64,000 nucleotides of DNA from a virus, in the IMG/VR virus record IMGVR_UViG_3300020421_001669, positions 32,001-96,000 of that record. The stretch is one strand, 5' to 3'. Shown piece by piece: positions 31,580 through 41,062 of the stretch. The notes below the pieces were generated by a model. The model saw nothing but the letters and a program-made list of their open reading frames with translations. It ran no database searches and had not been told where the DNA came from. The stretch's first letter is position 1. Every line of letters starts with the position of its first letter. The position numbers and the translations under genes were made by a program.

Positions 31580-33517
31580 ATGGCTTTCCAATTATCGCCT
31601 GGCGTCTTAACGAAAGAACAAGACCTTACTAATGTTGTCCCCGCTGTAGCCACTACTATTGGTGGAATCGTGGGAGACTTCCAGTGGGGCCCTGCTCATG
31701 AGATTGTTGCTATAACTAGTGAAAATAATCTCGTAGAGAGGTACGGCAAACCCACATCAAGTGTATATTATGACCACATGGTAGCATCAAGTTTCTTGGC
31801 TTACGGTTCACAATTGTTAACTGTCCGAGAAGTAGGAGCTGCTGCTAGAAACGCAGTTGGTACTGGTACTGCTGTAATAATCAAAAACAGAGAAGCATAT
31901 AATGAAAACTATGCTGCTGGAGAAGGTGCTGTTGGCCCTTGGGCTGCAAAATACCCCGGCACTAGAGGTAACGCGCTTAAAGTAGAAATCGCTGATATTA
32001 CTTCTGCTTCTGCTTTATCAGTAGGTTCCACAACAATAACCGCTGCTGGTTCTGGATATTCATCCGCAACAGTAACATTTTCCGACCCAACAGGTGTAAC
32101 TCCTGCTAATGGTGGTATTACTGCTACTGGAACAGTGGCTTTATCTGGTAACAATGTTGCATCAATCACAATTACAAATCCAGGCTACGGATATACATCT
32201 GCGCCTACATTGACAATTGCTGGTGATGGTTCATCTGCAACTGCTACAGCTGCATTACAAACCGCGTGGACATACAAAGACAATTTTGATTTCACACCTA
32301 CTACAACTACATGGGCAAAGAACAATGGTGCTTCACGCGACATGGTTCATGTTATTGTTGTTGATGAAACTGGAGAAATCACTGGAACTGCTGGAACAGT
32401 CCTAGAAAAATTCGCTGGACTATCCAAGGCATCTGACGCTAAAGATGACCTAAACCAGACAAACTTTTACAAAAATGTAATCAATGACCGTTCAGAATGG
32501 ATATACTGGATGGATCATCCTACAAACGGAAGCAACTGGGGTAACTCATCTGCTGGTGGAACTACTTTTGCTACATTGCTAGGTTCCTCAGATGGTGATG
32601 TTTCAACTTCACTTGGAAGTGGTGTTGACGCCTCTCCTGCTACTGCTGACCTACAATCTGGATACGGACTATTCGCAAATGACGAATTAGTAGATGTAAA
32701 CCTAATCTTAGGTTCCGCACACGCAACTGCCGTAGGTGATTACATTATCGATAATGTTGCAGAAATTCGTAAAGATGCTATGGTATTTATTTCTCCACAG
32801 AGAAGTGCCGTAGTAAACAACGAAGGTTCAGAAACAACATCAATCATTTCAACAACTGACCTTAACGCATATACTCGTTCATCTTATGCAGTATATGATT
32901 CTGGTTGGAAATATATGTACGACAAGTACAATGACAGATATGTCTACATTCCTCTGAATGGAGATATTGCTGGTACTTGTGTTGTTACAGACAAAGCTGA
33001 TGACCCTTGGTTCTCGCCAGGCGGACTTAATAGAGGACAGATTAAAAATGCAATCAAACTCGCATGGTCACCTAATAAGTCACAAAGAGATACACTTTAC
33101 ACTAAAGGTGTAAACCCTGTAATCTCAACACCAGGCTCTGGTATTGTATTGTTTGGAGACAAGACAATGCTTGATACACCAAGTGCATTTAACAGAATTA
33201 ATGTTCGTAGGTTGTTTATTGTCCTTGAGAAGGCAATCGCAACCGCTGCTAAATTCCAATTATTCGAGTTCAATGATGCATTTACAAGGGCACAATTTGT
33301 TGCTCTAGTAGAACCTTTCTTGAGAGATGTTCAAGGAAGAAGGGGTATCTTTGATTTCCGCGTAGTATGTGACGAAACAAACAATACTGCTGCTGTGATA
33401 GACGCTAATGAGTTTAGGGCTGACATATTTGTCAAACCTGCTAAGTCTATCAACTTCATAACGCTAACATTTGTTGCGACAAGAAGCGGAATATCTTTTG
33501 AAGAACTTGGCGGTTAA
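31580..33517 (+). CDS. gp18: Tail sheath protein gp18
   Basis: MAFQLSPGV, PWFSPGG, RINVRRLF and KPAKSINFITLTFVATR. Confidence 0.97.
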   Translation: MAFQLSPGVLTKEQDLTNVVPAVATTIGGIVGDFQWGPAHEIVAITSENNLVERYGKPTSSVYYDHMVASSFLAYGSQLLTVREVGAAARNAVGTGTAVIIKNREAYNENYAAGEGAVGPWAAKYPGTRGNALKVEIADITSASALSVGSTTITAAGSGYSSATVTFSDPTGVTPANGGITATGTVALSGNNVASITITNPGYGYTSAPTLTIAGDGSSATATAALQTAWTYKDNFDFTPTTTTWAKNNGASRDMVHVIVVDETGEITGTAGTVLEKFAGLSKASDAKDDLNQTNFYKNVINDRSEWIYWMDHPTNGSNWGNSSAGGTTFATLLGSSDGDVSTSLGSGVDASPATADLQSGYGLFANDELVDVNLILGSAHATAVGDYIIDNVAEIRKDAMVFISPQRSAVVNNEGSETTSIISTTDLNAYTRSSYAVYDSGWKYMYDKYNDRYVYIPLNGDIAGTCVVTDKADDPWFSPGGLNRGQIKNAIKLAWSPNKSQRDTLYTKGVNPVISTPGSGIVLFGDKTMLDTPSAFNRINVRRLFIVLEKAIATAAKFQLFEFNDAFTRAQFVALVEPFLRDVQGRRGIFDFRVVCDETNNTAAVIDANEFRADIFVKPAKSINFITLTFVATRSGISFEELGG

Positions 33518-33553
33518 TAGAGATAAATAAAATAAAGTTAGGAGAAAAAACAG

Positions 33554-34072
33554 ATGAATATTGAAGAGTTTAAGGCCAGACTAGGTGCTGGTGGAGCAAG
33601 ACCTAATCAGTTTAGGGTTAAGCTTGCCTTCCCTTCTTATGTTACTGGTGTTGACCCATCTTACAGTCTGCTCGTAACTGGGGCCGCCCTTCCCGCTTCC
33701 AATGTTAACCCTGCTATCATCCAATATAGAGGTAGGGAAATTAAACTTGCAGGCGAAAGGATATTCGACCCTTGGACTATTACAGTAGTTAACGACTCAG
33801 ATTTTAGTCTACGAGCACCATTTGAAGCTTGGATGAACGGTATGAATGACCGTGAAACCAACGAAGCGATTACTTTGGAACCATCAAGTTACCAAAGTGA
33901 TATCGTTGTGGAACATTTAGATAGGAATGACCGTGTGTTAGAGAATGGAACTTACACACTTAGAAACGCATTTCCTATTCAGATGTCAGAAATTGCATTG
34001 AACTATGCTCAGAATGACATCTTTGAAGAATTTACGGTGACATGGCAATACACACATTATGATGTAGAATAA
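33554..34072 (+). CDS. gp19: Tail tube protein gp19
   Basis: GGARPNQF, RGREIKLAGER.FDPWTITV.ND. Confidence 0.96.
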   Translation: MNIEEFKARLGAGGARPNQFRVKLAFPSYVTGVDPSYSLLVTGAALPASNVNPAIIQYRGREIKLAGERIFDPWTITVVNDSDFSLRAPFEAWMNGMNDRETNEAITLEPSSYQSDIVVEHLDRNDRVLENGTYTLRNAFPIQMSEIALNYAQNDIFEEFTVTWQYTHYDVE

Positions 34073-34098
34073 TCTACGAGTTGAAGAAGGTATAAATT

Positions 34099-35616
34099 AT
34101 GGAATTATTTGGATTAGAAATAACTAGATCCAAGTCAAAGACGGAAAAATCATTCGTTCCGCCTCATGACGATGGGTCTTTAGAAAGTATAAGGGCGGGT
34201 GGATACTACGGTACTTACTTTGATATAGAAGGTACTGCTAATAGTGAAACCCAACTTATCAAAAGATATAGAGATATATCAATGATGGGCGATGTTGACG
34301 CAGCCATTGAGGATGTTGTCAACGATGCCATCGCAAACTTAGATGATGAGAAACCAGTTAAGTTAAATCTTGACAAGGTTCAACAATCTGCCACAGTTAA
34401 AAAGGCGATTGTAAATGAGTTTGACGGTGTTCTTAGAATGTTAGATTTTAACACTAGGGCACAAGATTATTTCAGACGGTGGTATATTGATGGAAGGATT
34501 TTCTTTCACAAAGTCATCGATACTGAAAAACCAAAAGAAGGTTTAAAGGATGTTCGGTATGTAGACCCAAGGAAAATCCGAAAGGTCAGAGAAGTTAAGA
34601 AAGAGAAAGATAAAAAATCTCAAGTAACTCTCGTGAAAGATGTACTAGAATATTTTGTGTTTGATGAGAAGGGGATTGCCACCAACTCACAAATGTCGTA
34701 CAGGACAGATGTAGTTAACGACAAGGCAATAAAGGTTAGCAAAGACGCCGTAACATACTGTACATCGGGTCTAGTTGACCAAGATAGGAACATACCACTT
34801 TCCTATCTTCACAAGGCGATACGCCCTGCTAACCAATTGAGAATGATGGAGAACGCAGTGGTGATTTATCGTATCACGCGAGCTCCAGAAAGAAGAATTT
34901 TTTATATAGATGTTGGAAATCTGCCAACAGGAAAGGCAGAACAATATCTAAAAGATGTTATGAGTCGCTACAGAAACAAACTTGTTTATGATAGTGATAC
35001 TGGTGAGATAAGAGATGACAAGAAGTTTATGTCAATGCTTGAAGACTTCTGGTTACCGAGGAAAGAAGGTGGCAGAGGAACAGAGATTCAAACATTGCCA
35101 GGCGGGTCTAACTTGGGTGAGATTGAAGATGTAGTTTACTTCCAAAAGAAACTATATCAGGCACTCAATGTTCCGATTTCTCGTCTGGAACAACAAAGTG
35201 GACTGAATTTTGGTAGGTCTGCTGAGATTACCAGAGATGAACTTAAATTTACAAAGTTCGTTTCTAAGTTGAGAAATAGATTTAGTGGGATATTTGATGA
35301 CCTACTAAAAACTCAACTTGTACTGAAAGGGGTCATTAACGAAGAAGAATGGCCAGAGATTAGAAATGACCTACAGTATATGTACGCTCAAGATGCCTAC
35401 TATACTGAGTCTAAGGAACAAGAAATTCTTAGAAGTAGGTTAGAGATACTAAACGGTGTGGTGCCATTTATAGGTCAATTGTTTAGTAAAGAGTATGTAC
35501 AAAAGAATATTATGCGATTCTCCGATGAGGAGATAAGTATTATAGACGGGCAAATTGCAGCTAGTCAAGAAGGAGGGGAAGAACCTCAAATAACTAATGG
35601 AGAAGATAATGAGTGA
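34099..35616 (+). CDS. gp20: Portal protein gp20
   Basis: RAPERRIFYIDVGNLP, EDFWLPRKEGGRGTEI and EITRDELKF. Confidence 0.97.
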   Translation: MELFGLEITRSKSKTEKSFVPPHDDGSLESIRAGGYYGTYFDIEGTANSETQLIKRYRDISMMGDVDAAIEDVVNDAIANLDDEKPVKLNLDKVQQSATVKKAIVNEFDGVLRMLDFNTRAQDYFRRWYIDGRIFFHKVIDTEKPKEGLKDVRYVDPRKIRKVREVKKEKDKKSQVTLVKDVLEYFVFDEKGIATNSQMSYRTDVVNDKAIKVSKDAVTYCTSGLVDQDRNIPLSYLHKAIRPANQLRMMENAVVIYRITRAPERRIFYIDVGNLPTGKAEQYLKDVMSRYRNKLVYDSDTGEIRDDKKFMSMLEDFWLPRKEGGRGTEIQTLPGGSNLGEIEDVVYFQKKLYQALNVPISRLEQQSGLNFGRSAEITRDELKFTKFVSKLRNRFSGIFDDLLKTQLVLKGVINEEEWPEIRNDLQYMYAQDAYYTESKEQEILRSRLEILNGVVPFIGQLFSKEYVQKNIMRFSDEEISIIDGQIAASQEGGEEPQITNGEDNE

Positions 35617-35896
35617 AGTAGAAAATAAAGAAGTGGAAGTGACTGACCAAGTAACACCACAAGATGCTGTCAGAAACATGATGGATAAGTGGGCAGATGG
35701 TGACTACACAGGCGCAAACGATGACTTTGCGAAGGCGATGGGTACAAGGGCGGATGAATTAGTTTCCGCGAGAAAGGAAGAAATTGCAAATGCAATCTTT
35801 AATGACCCAGAACTACAAAAGATGGGACTTGAGGCTGCATCCGAAGAAGAATTAGAACAAACAGAAACCGAAGGGGAAACAAATGAAGACATTTAA
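35609..35896 (+). CDS. Prohead core protein, gp67-like
   Basis: Small acidic protein immediately after the portal gene; GGAG RBS before ATG 35609. Confidence 0.6.
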   Translation: MSEVENKEVEVTDQVTPQDAVRNMMDKWADGDYTGANDDFAKAMGTRADELVSARKEEIANAIFNDPELQKMGLEAASEEELEQTETEGETNEDI

Positions 35897-36236
35897 AGAG
35901 TTACGCGAGGAAGCGCAACCAGTAGAGAAACCTAAGAAGGAAGTCTCTGCTGCCAATGTTCCTGCTGAAAAAGGAACAGAAGGTCATGTCGTTCCCCCAA
36001 AACAGGGAAGTTCGGAAGACCCGAAACTAACACATATGTGTGCTACTAAGGTTGTCCATCCCAAATTCGGTGAGGGTAAACCCATAGTAGGAGAGCATGC
36101 TGAACCAGACTCAGAAGGTAGCATTGCTTGGTATAGGGTTATGTTTGAACACGGTGTGGAAATGTGTGAAACCTATGCTTTGGAAATCTTAGCAGAAGGG
36201 CCACATGGTAACCACTCCAAGAAAAAAGGATATTAG
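35883..36236 (+). CDS. Conserved hypothetical head-module protein
   Basis: MKTFKELREE start; HMCATKVVHPKFGEG...WYRVMFEHG. Confidence 0.6.
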   Translation: MKTFKELREEAQPVEKPKKEVSAANVPAEKGTEGHVVPPKQGSSEDPKLTHMCATKVVHPKFGEGKPIVGEHAEPDSEGSIAWYRVMFEHGVEMCETYALEILAEGPHGNHSKKKGY

Positions 36237-36246
36237 GAGAAACTAA

Positions 36247-36636
36247 ATGGCAGTCGTAGTCGATGTTTTAAAACTTACTCAAGTTCAAGGAGTATGTGCC
36301 GTTCGTGGGACAGCTGCGACAGGCACCATTGCTCTTGCAACCACTCTGAAGAAGAGTACTGAAACTCAGAGTTCACCAAAGGCAGATATTAAAGCAATTC
36401 ATTGGACATTATCTGCAAGTGCAAGTGCTAAGATACAAAGGAATAGTGATATTCTCTATGAATTAACAGAGAGTGGTTCACTAGATTTTTACGGATTCAA
36501 TGACAATCACCAGAATGACCAAGATATAGAAGTAGTTATCGCTGGTGGTGCAGGCGGAACTGTAATAGTAGAGACTGCTAAGGTTAGTGGATACGGTTCA
36601 CAACAACACCAAGGCGCAGATGGGAGTTTAGGATAA
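36247..36636 (+). CDS. Hypothetical head-module protein
   Basis: AGGAG RBS; lies between gp67-like and gp21. Confidence 0.6.
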   Translation: MAVVVDVLKLTQVQGVCAVRGTAATGTIALATTLKKSTETQSSPKADIKAIHWTLSASASAKIQRNSDILYELTESGSLDFYGFNDNHQNDQDIEVVIAGGAGGTVIVETAKVSGYGSQQHQGADGSLG

Positions 36637-36637
36637 A

Positions 36638-37291
36638 ATGAAACTTATAACAGAAACAACAGAAGATATTCAATATATCAAAGAAGATAAAGACGGTAAG
36701 ACAAACCTTTTCATTGAGGGTGTCTTTCTCCAATCTGACCTTAAAAACAGAAACGGTAGAGTATACCCTAAAGAAATCATGCAAAGGGAAGTAGACCGTT
36801 ATGTAAAAGAAAGTATCGATAAGAAAAGGGCAATGGGTGAGTTAGGACATCCAGATGGCCCTACAATTAATTTAGACCGCGTGTCACACATGATTACTTC
36901 TTTGAGAGAAGACGGTTCCAATTACATTGGAAAAGCAAAAATTCTTGATACACCTATGGGAAATATCGTAAAGAACCTTATAGACGAAGGTGCCTCCCTT
37001 GGTGTTAGTTCCAGAGGACTAGGAACTTTAAAAGAAAAGAATGGCATCAACGAGGTACAAGATGACTTTGTACTATCAACTGCTGCTGATATAGTTGCAG
37101 ACCCATCTGCTCCAGACGCCTTTGTTAGAGGTATCATGGAACATAAAGAGTGGGTAATGGTTGAAGGTACTTGGATGGAACAGGACATCGACTTAGCTGT
37201 AAGGCGAATCAAGAAGGCTGGTTCTCGTGAACTAGAGGAAGCGAAGATGGAAGTGTTCAGTTCATTCATGGATAAGCTGTCAAAAATCTAA
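36638..37291 (+). CDS. gp21: Prohead protease gp21
   Basis: KNRNGRVYP, GELGHP, GVSSRGLG and DIVADPSAPDAFV. Confidence 0.96.
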   Translation: MKLITETTEDIQYIKEDKDGKTNLFIEGVFLQSDLKNRNGRVYPKEIMQREVDRYVKESIDKKRAMGELGHPDGPTINLDRVSHMITSLREDGSNYIGKAKILDTPMGNIVKNLIDEGASLGVSSRGLGTLKEKNGINEVQDDFVLSTAADIVADPSAPDAFVRGIMEHKEWVMVEGTWMEQDIDLAVRRIKKAGSRELEEAKMEVFSSFMDKLSKI

Positions 37292-37296
37292 AGATT

Positions 37297-37304
37297 TATA
37301 AATA
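37297..37304 (+). promoter_or_regulatory. Late promoter TATAAATA
   Basis: Exact consensus upstream of gp22. Confidence 0.85.
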
Positions 37305-37341
37305 AATACAGTATAACGCAAATCTCAAAGGAGAAATTAAC

Positions 37342-38580
37342 ATGGGCGTAGAAAGCAAAATAAGAGAAATGCTCGCTAAGGGTAAGGAAGTAGAATCCGC
37401 TCTTAATGAGGAGACTCAAGAACTGGATGAGGCAGGAGCTGCTGAAAATCTAAAGCCAAATGCAACGGCTGGTGACTCAAGTAATCCAACTCAAGGGAAC
37501 TCAAACCCTAATCCAGAAATTCAAGACCTTAGTGGAACTGGAGACAAGCATGGTGGTTTAACATCTGCAATTGGCCCCGCTTCCGCATCTAAAGTCGGTG
37601 ATGCACCAAGACCTGCTAATTCAGGCGCTGGTCAGGCACCAAACTACGATGGTGGTGAAGACACCGCATCTGTAGTTGCTCAACCATCTTCAGAGGGTAT
37701 TCGTACTCAGAAAGAAGAAGAAGAGGTTGAAGACGAGGTAATCGCTGAAGATGAAGTAGAGAACGAAGAAGAAGTTGTCTCTGAGTCTGAAGTAGAAGAA
37801 GTAGAATCAGAAGAGGAGGACGCAGAGGTGTCACAAGAAACAGAAGAAGAAACATTGTTTGAAAATGACATCCAAAACCTTTTCGCTGACGAGGAACACC
37901 TCTCAGAAGAGTTTAAAGTAAAGGCTGCAGAACTTTTTGAAACTGTAGTCACTGCAAGACTCGCTAACGAAATAGAATCCATTCAGAAAGAACTTGAAGA
38001 ACAGTCTCAAATTGAAAGAGAAACCTTCAAAGAGGAAATGGTAGGTAAAATCGATCAATACCTTAACTATGTCGCTGAAAACTGGATGAAAGAGAACGAG
38101 CTTGCTATCGAGCGCGGTCTTAGGACTGAAATAACAGAAGACTTTATTAAGTCGCTGAAAACTGTTTTCGCAGAACACTACATTGAAGTACCACAAGACA
38201 AGTACGATGTGTTAGGTGAAATGCAAGACGAAATTGAGGAACTTAAAAAGAAACTCAATGAGTCAGTCGAAGCACAAATTAATCTTACTACTGATAGAGA
38301 GTCGCTAATGCGTTCTAAAATTATCGGTGAGATTTCTGAAGACTTAACACTTACTGAACAAGAGAAACTTACTTCTCTAGTTGAAGATGTTGCCTTTGGA
38401 ACTAGTGAGATGTTTGCTGAAAAAGTAACTGTTGTTAAAGAGAACTATTTCCCTAAACAGGAAACTGTTAAGGAAGAGTCCGAGTCCGTAATGACTGACA
38501 CTGTACCCGAAGAACTAATTGAAGAGGGTTCAGCCGTTAGTAGGTACGCTCAAGCGATTTCACGACAAGTTAAAAAATAA
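37342..38580 (+). CDS. gp22: Prohead scaffold protein gp22
   Basis: LSEEFKVKAAELFE and YLNYVAENWMKENELAIERGLRTEITEDF; acidic. Confidence 0.93.
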   Translation: MGVESKIREMLAKGKEVESALNEETQELDEAGAAENLKPNATAGDSSNPTQGNSNPNPEIQDLSGTGDKHGGLTSAIGPASASKVGDAPRPANSGAGQAPNYDGGEDTASVVAQPSSEGIRTQKEEEEVEDEVIAEDEVENEEEVVSESEVEEVESEEEDAEVSQETEEETLFENDIQNLFADEEHLSEEFKVKAAELFETVVTARLANEIESIQKELEEQSQIERETFKEEMVGKIDQYLNYVAENWMKENELAIERGLRTEITEDFIKSLKTVFAEHYIEVPQDKYDVLGEMQDEIEELKKKLNESVEAQINLTTDRESLMRSKIIGEISEDLTLTEQEKLTSLVEDVAFGTSEMFAEKVTVVKENYFPKQETVKEESESVMTDTVPEELIEEGSAVSRYAQAISRQVKK

Positions 38581-38586
38581 CTTTTA

Positions 38587-38594
38587 TATAAATA
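38587..38594 (+). promoter_or_regulatory. Late promoter TATAAATA
   Basis: Exact consensus upstream of gp23. Confidence 0.88.
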
Positions 38595-38636
38595 ATACCA
38601 ATAGGTAAATAACCAGAAAGAAAATAGGAGACTACA

Positions 38637-39899
38637 ATGTATCTTTCAGAAGAAATCCAAAAAAAGTGGAGTCCAGTATTGGAACATCCCGACCTTGGCG
38701 AAATCAAGGATAGTTATCGTAAAGCGGTAACAGCTGTTATTCTTGAGAACCAAGAGAAGGCTCTTGCCGAAGAGAAAAATATCACTGAGGCAGTCCACGC
38801 AAATAATATGTCATCTGCGATTGACACTTATGACCCCATCCTTATCTCATTAGTAAGACGAGCTCTTCCTAATTTGATGGCGTATGATGTCTGTGGTGTT
38901 CAACCAATGACTGGCCCAACAGGTCTTATCTTTGCCATGAAGTCACATTACACCTCACAAACAGGTACAGAAGCTCTGTACAATGAGGCTGATACTGACT
39001 TTGCTGGTACAGGTACTCACGCTGGGTCTAATCCAGTTGACGGTTCATACACAACTGGTACTGGTATCACTAGAGACAACGCTGAGTTGTTAGGTGACAC
39101 AGTTACTTTGAACCAAATGGCGTTCTCAATCGAGAAAACAACTGTAACCGCTAAGTCAAGAGCACTTAAAGCAGAATATACTGTGGAACTTGCTCAAGAC
39201 CTTAAAGCAGTTCACGGTCTTGACGCTGAGTCAGAATTGTCAAACATTCTTTCTCAAGAAATTCTCGCTGAGATTAACAGAGAAGTAATTAGAACTATCT
39301 ACAAAGTTGCTAAGACAGGTGCTGCTTCGACTGCATCTGCTGGTACTTTCGACCTTGATGTTGATTCAAATGGTCGTTGGTCTGTAGAAAGATTCAAGGG
39401 TCTCTTGTTCAACATTGAACGAGATGCTAATGTTATCGCTCAAGATACTCGTAGAGGAAAAGGTAACTTCATCATCTGTTCTTCAGATGTTGCCTCTGCA
39501 CTTTCAATGGCTGGTGTACTAGACTACACTCCTGCTCTTGATACTAACTTGAATGTTGATGACACTGGTAACACTTTCGCCGGTACGCTTAATGGCCGAT
39601 ACAAAGTGTATGTTGACCCTTATTCTGCTAACACAGGTGCTGCTTCTCAGTTCTATGTTGTTGGTTATAAAGGAACTTCACCTTATGACGCTGGTCTGTT
39701 CTACTGTCCGTATGTTCCATTACAAATGGTTCGTGCAATTGACCCATCTACTTTCCAACCGAAAATCGGTTTCAAAACTAGATATGGTATGATTGCTAAC
39801 CCATTCGTAACACAATCAGATGGTACAACTGACGCAGATACCTTTACTGCTGATAGAAACCAGTACTACAGGTCTGTTAAGGTTTCCAACCTTATGTAA
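38637..39899 (+). CDS. gp23: Major capsid protein gp23
   Basis: GVQPMTGPTGLIFAM, KSRALKAEYTVELAQDLKAVHGLDAE and FQPKIGFKTRYG. Confidence 0.98.
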   Translation: MYLSEEIQKKWSPVLEHPDLGEIKDSYRKAVTAVILENQEKALAEEKNITEAVHANNMSSAIDTYDPILISLVRRALPNLMAYDVCGVQPMTGPTGLIFAMKSHYTSQTGTEALYNEADTDFAGTGTHAGSNPVDGSYTTGTGITRDNAELLGDTVTLNQMAFSIEKTTVTAKSRALKAEYTVELAQDLKAVHGLDAESELSNILSQEILAEINREVIRTIYKVAKTGAASTASAGTFDLDVDSNGRWSVERFKGLLFNIERDANVIAQDTRRGKGNFIICSSDVASALSMAGVLDYTPALDTNLNVDDTGNTFAGTLNGRYKVYVDPYSANTGAASQFYVVGYKGTSPYDAGLFYCPYVPLQMVRAIDPSTFQPKIGFKTRYGMIANPFVTQSDGTTDADTFTADRNQYYRSVKVSNLM

Positions 39900-39928
39900 T
39901 AAGAGTTGAGTTAATCAACCAAGTTTAG

Positions 39929-39957
39929 AGGGAGTCTTTCGAGACTCCCTTTTTTTT
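39929..39957 (+). terminator. Rho-independent terminator with a UUCG tetraloop
   Basis: AGGGAGTCT-TTCG-AGACTCCCT followed by a T run. Confidence 0.92.
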
Positions 39958-39961
39958 GGGC

Positions 39962-39990
39962 TTGACATTTGTTATAAATAGCAGTATAAT
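39962..39990 (+). promoter_or_regulatory. Nested promoters: sigma70 TTGACA-17-TATAAT with late TATAAATA in the spacer
   Basis: TTGACA 39962-39967, TATAAATA 39973-39980, TATAAT 39985-39990. Confidence 0.85.
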
Positions 39991-40014
39991 ATTAATCATT
40001 TTAGGTTTAGAACT

Positions 40015-40602
40015 ATGGCATACACAGTAAATCCATCGGTATCAGAAGGTAATTTTGCAGCCCAATCTGGCTCAGAACTTGATTACCTACGCCCTAATGG
40101 ATTCAAATTTCAAGTCCATAACATTCCAAATGTATCTTTCTTTTGTCAAGGTGCAAACATTCCCGATATGACTATTGGGTTTCCTGTACAAACAACACCA
40201 CTACAGGACATACCATTTCCCGGCGATAAGATTACTTTTGGTGACCTAAATATAAGATTCTTAATACAGGAAGATATGACAAACTATATCGAACTGTATA
40301 ACTGGTTGGTTGGATTAGGATTCCCAGAAAAACATTCTCAGTTCACAGAGTTTGTCAAGTCACAATCTTGGAGAACTGGTGGTCAAAAGACTGCAAAGAA
40401 TGAGGCAATAGGACAAGTGAGTGACGCGAGTCTATTTGTTTTGGATTCTAATAACAACCCCAACATGGAAATATTATTCAGAGATGCTTTTCCAATTGCA
40501 CTGAGTGGACTAGATTTTGATATATCTGGTGGAGACTCACCATACTTTACTGGACTTGCATCTTTCAAATATAGGATATTTAATATTAAATCTGTAACTT
40601 AA
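40015..40602 (+). CDS. gp3: Tail completion / tube terminator gp3
   Basis: YLRPNGFKF, FFCQGANIP, PGDKITFGDL..RFLIQEDMTNY.ELYNW and FRDAFP..LS. Confidence 0.9.
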   Translation: MAYTVNPSVSEGNFAAQSGSELDYLRPNGFKFQVHNIPNVSFFCQGANIPDMTIGFPVQTTPLQDIPFPGDKITFGDLNIRFLIQEDMTNYIELYNWLVGLGFPEKHSQFTEFVKSQSWRTGGQKTAKNEAIGQVSDASLFVLDSNNNPNMEILFRDAFPIALSGLDFDISGGDSPYFTGLASFKYRIFNIKSVT

Positions 40603-40618
40603 CATTGAAGGATATATT

Positions 40619-41062
40619 ATGGCTACATTGAATGAACTTCAAGATATGTGGGCTGAAGATTGTAAAATCGATGAACTAGACCTTGGTTCAGCATCTACTA
40701 ACACACCAAATCTTCACGCAAAATATGTAACCCATCTCGCTAACTTTAAATTACAATTAAGAAAAGCGCAGTCGGACTTGGCAAGACTTGAAAGAGTTAA
40801 GTCAGAATACTTTCGTGGAGAACTATCCAAAGAGGAACTTGACCAATTAGGTTGGGAACCTTGGTACAAAAATTCCGTACTTAAATCTGACATGAGGTCA
40901 GTATTAGATGGAGATGGAGATATCATAAAACAACAAGATAAAATTTGGTACTTAGAAACAACGGTAGACTTTTTGGACAGGGTATTGCGTAGTTTAAATT
41001 CGAGGACTTGGGACATCAAGAATGCTGTTGAATGGAACAAGACACAATCTGGCCTATTATGA
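40619..41062 (+). CDS. uvsY: Recombination mediator UvsY
   Basis: WAEDCKIDE, LHAKY and RTWDIKNAVEW; synteny. Confidence 0.9.
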   Translation: MATLNELQDMWAEDCKIDELDLGSASTNTPNLHAKYVTHLANFKLQLRKAQSDLARLERVKSEYFRGELSKEELDQLGWEPWYKNSVLKSDMRSVLDGDGDIIKQQDKIWYLETTVDFLDRVLRSLNSRTWDIKNAVEWNKTQSGLL

